A stretch of 64,000 bases of DNA. It comes from Octopus vulgaris. Taxonomy: Eukaryota. The translations under genes and the position numbers were made by a program. Numbering within the stretch: the stretch's first letter is position 1; each line of letters starts with the position of its first letter. The notes under the pieces were generated by a model that was not told the origin of the DNA, did no database searches, and saw only the letters and a program-made list of their open reading frames with translations. The stretch lies in assembly GCA_951406725.2 (NCBI GenBank), contig OX597828.1:42966001-43030000 (forward strand). Direction: 5' to 3'. Positions 55,642 to 64,000 of this stretch are shown here, in pieces.

Positions 55642-55747
55642 TTGTAGATCGATAGATAGATGGCTATGCTTATTTCTATCCTTCATTTAGATTCAGCCAG
55701 ATGATGTGCTCATCCTGGGTCACACTCGCATATACGTATTTAAAGCA

Positions 55748-55863
<116 letters not shown>

Positions 55864-56767
55864 TATATACAAACATATATATATATATATATATATATTG
55901 ATATATATGCATATATTTATGTACACACATACATACATAAATATGCATATTCAAACATAAACATACAAGCACATACATACATGCATATGCACATGGATAG
56001 AGATACATAAATATGTACGTATGCACATATTTACATATATTCATAACTTCTGCATGACAGAATAAGTTTTCTTCGGCAAATAGAGAAAAATTCTGTAAAA
56101 AATAAAAATCAATATTGTAAAACTAAAAGAGGGCAAAAGAGGGAAAGAAATTAAATTAATAGACAGAGTTCTAGTCTATGGAATATACATGAACAACAAC
56201 AACAACAGCAAGTGCAATAACAGCAGCAACAACAACAACAACAACAACAACAGTAAAAGTTAGCATGTCTTCAATATTTATGGAGGTTAATAAATGCTAA
56301 GCAGAAAGTATGGCAATGCAATGGAATGAAAAAAGAAATTGTTTAAAAACAAACAAACAAACAAAAAAGCAGATCTCCAGAAATATAAAAATATTCGGGA
56401 GGGATAACCAGAAGAGAAGGGGAGACTTTAAAAAAATAAAAGAGCAACTGCAAACCCATTAGCCATCTTGATAAAAAGAGCAAGCGTTGATTAATATCAA
56501 TTTTAGCGATAATTTTAAATATTTTGGCTTACTCAGTGTTAGGGAATAAAAAGTGTCTTCGGTGTTACAAAGATTTTTTTTTAAGGTTTGTTGAGGAGAT
56601 TTGGGTTATCTGAGAAATTTTATCGAAACTGGCGTTATAAGAGGATGGGGGTAATGTGGTGCTTTTAAATGGTCTCATAAAATGCTAGAAATAGCTGTCA
56701 TACTTCATTCAAATCCATATCTTAACGTTTTAACGTGACATGAGTAGCAAAATGTAATTCAGATACC

Positions 56768-56858
<91 letters not shown>

Positions 56859-56872
56859 AAAAAAAAAAAAAA

Positions 56873-56906
<34 letters not shown>

Positions 56907-57407
56907 GCGGTGGTGGTGATGGTAACGGTAGGTGGTGGTGGTAGTGGTGGTGGATTATCACAGTCGTTCGTAGATGAGAATTCAGAAAGACGGTTGCGAT
57001 GCTATCAGTCCTACAATCACGTGATACTCTGACCTCATGACGAGTTTCAACCAACCAACCAGCCAGCCTGTATCTCAACTGATATTGATTTCAGTTATAA
57101 TTTCTACAAGAAAAAAACAAAAAATCCAGGAAATTTTCAAAATCGTATCAAAATCGAAATGAAGGGCATAGCACCATATCGTCGCGTTTCGTAAAACTTT
57201 TAAAAGTCATAAATTATGAAAGCAGTTAAATAGCAGCGTGGCTGTGCGGTAGGAAGTTTGTTTCTCAACCACAAGGTTCCGGGGTCAGTTCCACTGCGTG
57301 GCAACTTGGATAAGCTTCTTCTACTATATTCTCGGGCCTAACAAAATCTGGAATATGGAAGCTGAAAGCCCTTCGCGCGTGTGTGTGTGTGTATGTACGT
57401 AAGTATA

Positions 57408-57465
<58 letters not shown>

Positions 57466-57577
57466 TATTGATATATGTATATGTATGCATATATATATGT
57501 ATGTATAAGGGTGTGTTGTGTATGAGTAGTGCGTATACATATATATTGATATATGTATATGTATGCATATATATATG

Positions 57578-57619
<42 letters not shown>

Positions 57620-57677
57620 TACATAGATATATGTATGTATGTGTATATATATGTATATGTATGTATATATATATGTA

Positions 57678-57723
<46 letters not shown>

Positions 57724-57815
57724 ATATATAGAAATATGTTAGCTGATGTATGCATGTTTGTGTGTATTCAAAAATTACACACATATATATAGGTATATAT
57801 ATATAATTATTTCTA

Positions 57816-57872
<57 letters not shown>

Positions 57873-57939
57873 TGACATAAATATATACTGACATAATTAA
57901 TGTGAGAGAAGGAAGATGGAAAATGCAAGAATATTTATT

Positions 57940-58047
57940 AATTATTACAATCGTTTCGACCTATCTAGCATCGATCATTCACGGGTGGCATTCTTCACAA
58001 CTGGTTTGGGTGTATCTCTCGTTGTAGATGTGTCTCCTCAGGTGATT
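57940..58047 (-). ncRNA. Type-I hammerhead-like motif with long stem-II insert (PLE end)
   Basis: Minus strand aatcac CTGAGGA gac...(~75 nt)...gtc GAAAC gatt GTA ataatt; the 3' half is homologous to ~20305-20365. Confidence 0.55.
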
Positions 58048-58471
58048 TCCGTCTCTCTCATTAATTGCAAACCCAACGAACAGTAAGTAATATTTACTAC
58101 TTCTGAGGTTCCACTCGCTCTGAAACATGTATTCCGGATCTTAACTACTCCATTCCTTAACTCTTGTATTCTCATTTGCATACCCAGCAACCCTGGTTGT
58201 CTACAGAGAAATATGAAAAAAAACAAAACGTTTTTACAGTTTATCGTTCGTGGAGACGAAAAACATTCACAACCCACCGTCTCAATAAACCACTATTGTC
58301 TCTGAAAGTTGCTGTTTATATTTACTACGGATTGCTTGACACTAACTTCCTTCCTATACTTCGATGTCTGGATCATATATGTATATATACATATACATAT
58401 ATATATATATATATAAAACATAAACATAGTCATGCATACAGGGAAATTCGTATGCTTATATGACGAAAAAC

Positions 58472-58955
58472 AAAGGCGGCGAGCTGGCAGAAACGTTAGC
58501 GCGCCGGGTGAAATACTTTGCGGTATTTCGTCTACCGTTAAGCGCTGAGTTCAAATTCCGCCGAGGTCGACTTTGCCTTTCAACCTTTCGGAGTCGATAA
58601 ATTAAGTATCATTTACGCACTGGGGTCGATGTAATCGACTTAATCCCTTTGTCTGTCTTTGTTTGTCCCCTCTATGTTTAGCCCCTTGTGGGCAATAAAC
58701 AAATATATATGACCCAAAACAAAGGCGGCGAGCTGGCAGAAACGATAGCACGTCAGGCGAAATGCGTAGCCGTATTTAGTCTGCCGCTACGTTCTGAGTT
58801 CAAATTCCGCCGAGGTTGACTTTGTCTTTCATCCTTCCGGGGTCGATAAATTAAGTACCAGTTACGCACTGGGGTCGATGTAATCGACTTAATACCATTG
58901 TCTGTCCTTGTTTGTCCCCTCTATGTTTAGCCCCTTGTGGGTAATAAAGAAATAT
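58472..58955 (+). mobile_element. Two tandem copies of SINE family 2 (Nin/Deu-domain-like core)
   Basis: aaggcggcgagctggcagaa...gagttcaaattcc...gcctttcatcctttcggggtcgataaa..gtaccag; other copies at ~34155-34360, 41575-41780, 42580-42720, 48918-49140. Confidence 0.8.
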
Positions 58956-59878
58956 ATATGTCCAAAGACATACACGAACATCATGTGACAAATTCGAGTA
59001 ATTTTATAGAATTTAGAGGTAATGTTGTTGTTGTTGCCGTTGTTGTTGCTGCTGCTGTTGTTGTTATTATTGTCTCGTTAACTTTTTAGACTTGATTTGT
59101 TTTCGGGTTCAAACCTTAGGGGAACTCCCCTTACGGAAGTTATGTTTCATCTCACTGGATATTTCTTAAAAGCTGGGGGCTACACGAGAGACCGTTAGAA
59201 TGAATGTATATATGTATATATCAATGCATGTATGGAAGCCTATATGCATGTATGTATACATGTATGCATGTGTATATATCTGTATGCATGTATGTACCTA
59301 TGTGTGTGTACATGTATTCATGTGAACGTATACCTAAGTATGTTTGTAAATATGTATACGTCTGTGTACGTACATATATAAATATATACATACATATTTG
59401 TGTGTATGTCTGGATGTTTATATACATATATGTATATGTATATAGACATATGCATGTGCATATACATGTGTATATACACATGTATACGTACGTATGTATT
59501 TATATATGTACATATATATGTTGGTATATATTTATCTCTCTTCTTTCTCGCCCTCTTTCTCTCTATATATATGTACACATACACACAAACTTATGAATAT
59601 CTATCTATCTATATATCTATCTATTTCTCAGATAGACTGTCTACAAACAGACTGTATATGCTGAAATATATTTATATACGCACTCACAAATATATGTGTG
59701 CGTTTGGGTGTGTGTACATACATACACACACATATATATATATGTATATATATGTATATGCATATAAATATAGGAATGTATATAATATTCATCTTTCTCT
59801 CCCTCGCCCCTCTCTCTCTCTCTATATATATATATATATGCATGCATATACGTTTACATACATACAAATATATCTATA

Positions 59879-59973
<95 letters not shown>

Positions 59974-60186
59974 GCGCGCGTACAGTTACTCATAGCCATA
60001 ATTATCCAGAGACATCTGTATAGATACAGGGTGAAATAATAATCATTTCTAAATCACATTATTAACCAACAGCCAAATGTACAGCCAGCGTAACATCAGT
60101 GGTATCATTCTTGATTGAACAGCCCCACCCACCATAGAAACACCTCTGTTACCCCTCCTCCACCATACACTCGTATACATGCATAC

Positions 60187-60217
<31 letters not shown>

Positions 60218-60963
60218 CATACATACATACATACATACATACATACATACATACAGTATATACACGACGGTGTCTAGATCCAGTGAAAACATCTGCTGGT
60301 GGCTTTATAATTAATGCTATGTTTCACACTCTAAATATTTCAGTTACAAATGGATATATTACACCTTTGTATATTGTTCCGTTTGTAAAGTGTCAATACC
60401 ATTGATAGAAGCCATTTTGTTTTCTGTTTTTCTGAACCGCATTTAGCTCTGATCTGCTTCGAACAAGATCAACAACAACGGCAATAGTCAGCGTGGTGGT
60501 CTGGTCATAATTCTGTTTAGGTGATCGAGATAATGTGCAGAGGGTAAAGTAATGGATTTTAGAGGGTTTATGAAAACATAATCGATAATTAGCTTATAGA
60601 TGGTTTTATTATTCATTCCGTGTTGGATTTTGGTGGGGGTGTTTTTAGGTTCAAATCGTGAAAGGATTCTAATTTGTCTTTGTTGTTGTAGTCATGGCTG
60701 GTGGAATTTACTAAATATTTTCTCATTTTGTCTTGTTTGTGTTGTTGTTGTTGCTGCTGTTAATATTCTACAACCTCAGGTCGGCCCTGTTTCAACAGAG
60801 TTGAAATCGTTATCATAATAACCATCTTTATTATCATCGCCACCGTTGATGTCTTTGTTTTCAGACACACACATACCCATATACAAACACACACATACAC
60901 ACACACACATACACACACATATATGGATACACACACACATATATGAACTTGCAAATAATATAT

Positions 60964-61009
<46 letters not shown>

Positions 61010-61051
61010 TATATCTATCTATATATATCCCTATTAGATACATAGTGTGAA

Positions 61052-61180
61052 GTCGCATGGCTCAGTGGTTAGAGCGTCGAGCTTACGATCGTGAGGTTGT
61101 GAGTTCGAATCCTGGACCGGGCTGCGTGTTGTATTCTTGAGCAAGACACTTTATTTCACGTTGCTCCTGTTCACTTACAG
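61052..61180 (+). mobile_element. tRNA-derived SINE family 3 head
   Basis: A box tggctcagtggttag, B box gagttcgaatcc. Confidence 0.75.
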
Positions 61181-61279
61181 CAGAGGGAAGAATATCGATG
61201 TGGCAGTCGGCCTACGGTCACGTGAGAAGAGAAGAGAGAGAAAAGAGGAACATATATATATAATATATATAAAAAGAGG

Positions 61280-61339
<60 letters not shown>

Positions 61340-62904
61340 AGTCAGTAGACAGATAGGTACAAAAATAGGTTGATAGGTATATAGGTAAGAATGTAGTTAG
61401 GTAGGCAAGCAATTAGGTAGTAAAGGTCGATATAAAGCCAGGTGGGCAGGTATAAAGATAGATTCGTAGTTAATTACATGTATAAATAAGTGGCTTAATT
61501 AAGTAGGCAGATAGGTAGGTATAAAAAAAATAAATACGCCCTTTTATAGTTTAGCCAGGTTCATGGGCCCGGTTTCCCGGTTTCAATGGCGTATGTGTTC
61601 TGCAGTTGGACGGGACGTCTGTCCATCGCTACGTTACTTATTTTTGTGGACTGGAGCAACGTCAAATAAAGTGTTTTTCCGGTTCCCGGAATCTGGGGTA
61701 GTATATTACATCCCATGGATAGGACGCTAATCCGTCGTAGGATTACTCCTTTTTTTCCAGCTGAGTGGACAGGAGCAACGTGAAATGAAGTGTTTTACTT
61801 AAGAACACAAAGCGTCTGCCTGTCTAGGAATGGAAACCACAATCTTACGATTATGATACTGACACCCTAACCACTAAGCCACGTGCCTCCACAGGTAGGT
61901 ATAAAGCTAGTTATAAAAGTAATTCATAGGTGGACAGGTATAAAGTTAGGTAGGCTAGCTGGGCCGGAAGATAGGTACCTATGTGTAAAGTTATGTATAG
62001 ATACAAATTCGTTGGTGGGGTGCTACAAAAGCGGAGAGGTAAATAGGTAGGTGTTGGTTGGAAGCAAGGTAAGTAAGTAGGAAGGTAGGTAGGCAGGTAA
62101 GAAGAATGCATGAAGGCATTGGTGTGTAGGTAGTAATTTGCAGGGTAGTTACGTGGTTCTCTAAACACACAACAGCTTCTATAAATCCAAGATCCACATC
62201 ACACATGATGTCATTAACCTTTGCCAAACTTACGTTAACCCCTGACCGCAATTACGTAAGATACACGTTATTAATTCCCTAAGATTTATATCTTCTTCCA
62301 CACTTCATCTTCAGTCTCATTTCTCTTCTTCCTCTTCATATTCTTCTTCCTACTCTTCCTCCTCCTGCTCATCTTCCCCCTCCTCCTCCTCCACCTCATC
62401 TTCCTCCTCCCTTTCCATACACCCCCACGACCATCCTTCTCCGAAATTTTGAATCATTATTTCTTTTCCCATTCTCTCCATCTATCTCCCCCCTATCTCT
62501 CCCTTTCTCTCTCTCCCCCTCTATCGCTCTCATACATAACATACACTAGCACACACAAACACACACACACACATACACACACTTCTTGGCATGTCTTGCT
62601 GTGATCAGTTGAATTATCTGTTGACTTATCGTCATCTTTATCATCATCATCGTCGTCGTTGTCGTCGTCACCGTCATCGTCATCATCATCATCATCAGCA
62701 TCATCATCATCACTGCCGTCAACAACCTCATGGACACGAAGTTCAGTATCACATTAATAACAAGTATCATTATCTCCACATAATATAATAATGAGCATCA
62801 TCATCGACATCTTCATCGTCGTCGTCGTCGTCGTCATCATAATTGCCATCATCGTCATGTTGTCTGGTATGAAAATAAATAATGTTATAAATCAGATATA
62901 ACAT

Positions 62905-63537
<633 letters not shown>

Positions 63538-63828
63538 ATTGGTTCATAGTCGTTCAACTGAAGTCTTCATTTTCAGATTGTGTTTGTTTTTACTCTCGTC
63601 ATTTATCTTCAATCGTTTTTATTCCTTCCTTTGTTTTCAGCCAATGCTGGGGCACCGCCTATTGATTTTTGAATTTTAAATGAAATTTATTAGTCGAGGA
63701 GGGAAGACAGTAACCATGATTCCTTACAAGGGATCTGAGAATTGTAGAGGAGAATGGAGGATATCTTCGAACCAGAAATTCGGCACAAATGTTTGCAATA
63801 GATGCTGATTCTGCTAAAAGAACACAAC

Positions 63829-63932
63829 TGACCAAGTACACAAGGGACCAAGCGCAGAAGGGGCCAAGCGCAGAAGGGACCAAGCGCAGAAGGGACCAAG
63901 CGCAGAAGGGACCAAGCGCACAAAGGACCAAG
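63829..63932. repeat. 16-bp minisatellite (aagggaccaagcgcag), ~6 units
   Basis: Direct reading. Confidence 0.9.
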
Positions 63933-64000
63933 AAGTGGTATTAAAACCGGATATGAAATGGATTGATCTGAACTCAGAACACAAAGATAACTTCTGAAAA

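Noticed and set aside
61052-61125. tRNA gene-like sequences (also 17360-17433, 50508-50580)
   Set aside because: They continue into repeated SINE bodies; SINE heads rather than tRNA genes
63829-63932. CRISPR-like repeat array
   Set aside because: Contiguous 16-bp tandem units without spacers in eukaryotic DNA

Overview
Repeat-dense, AT-rich eukaryotic (metazoan) non-coding DNA. The SINE, microsatellite and LINE content resembles octopus/cephalopod genomes; this is inferred from recalled repeat types, not from a search. No host protein-coding gene can be supported, and nearly all listed ORFs are microsatellite translation artefacts. The main feature is a very young, intact Penelope-like retroelement (PLE, probably Naiad clade). 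It has a 1309-aa RT + GIY-YIG ORF with a ~260-aa Asn-rich insert and a 4576-bp unit length. It is preceded by a 2047-bp near-identical inverted copy of its own 3' half, and the whole structure sits inside a (TA)n tract. A 149-bp miniature of the same element and several unrelated short PLE-end elements show the same 'inverted arm + forward tail' geometry, suggesting fixed-site twin priming into (TA)n. More than a dozen minimal type-I hammerhead ribozyme motifs are scattered through the window, including a family with a conserved non-canonical A6U core. The window also holds a (TATC)n-associated Tx1/L1-like LINE, a (TAA)n-associated R4/Dong-like LINE, CR1 and RTE fragments, mariner relics, a Tc1-type MITE, non-autonomous Helitron-like elements and at least three SINE families.
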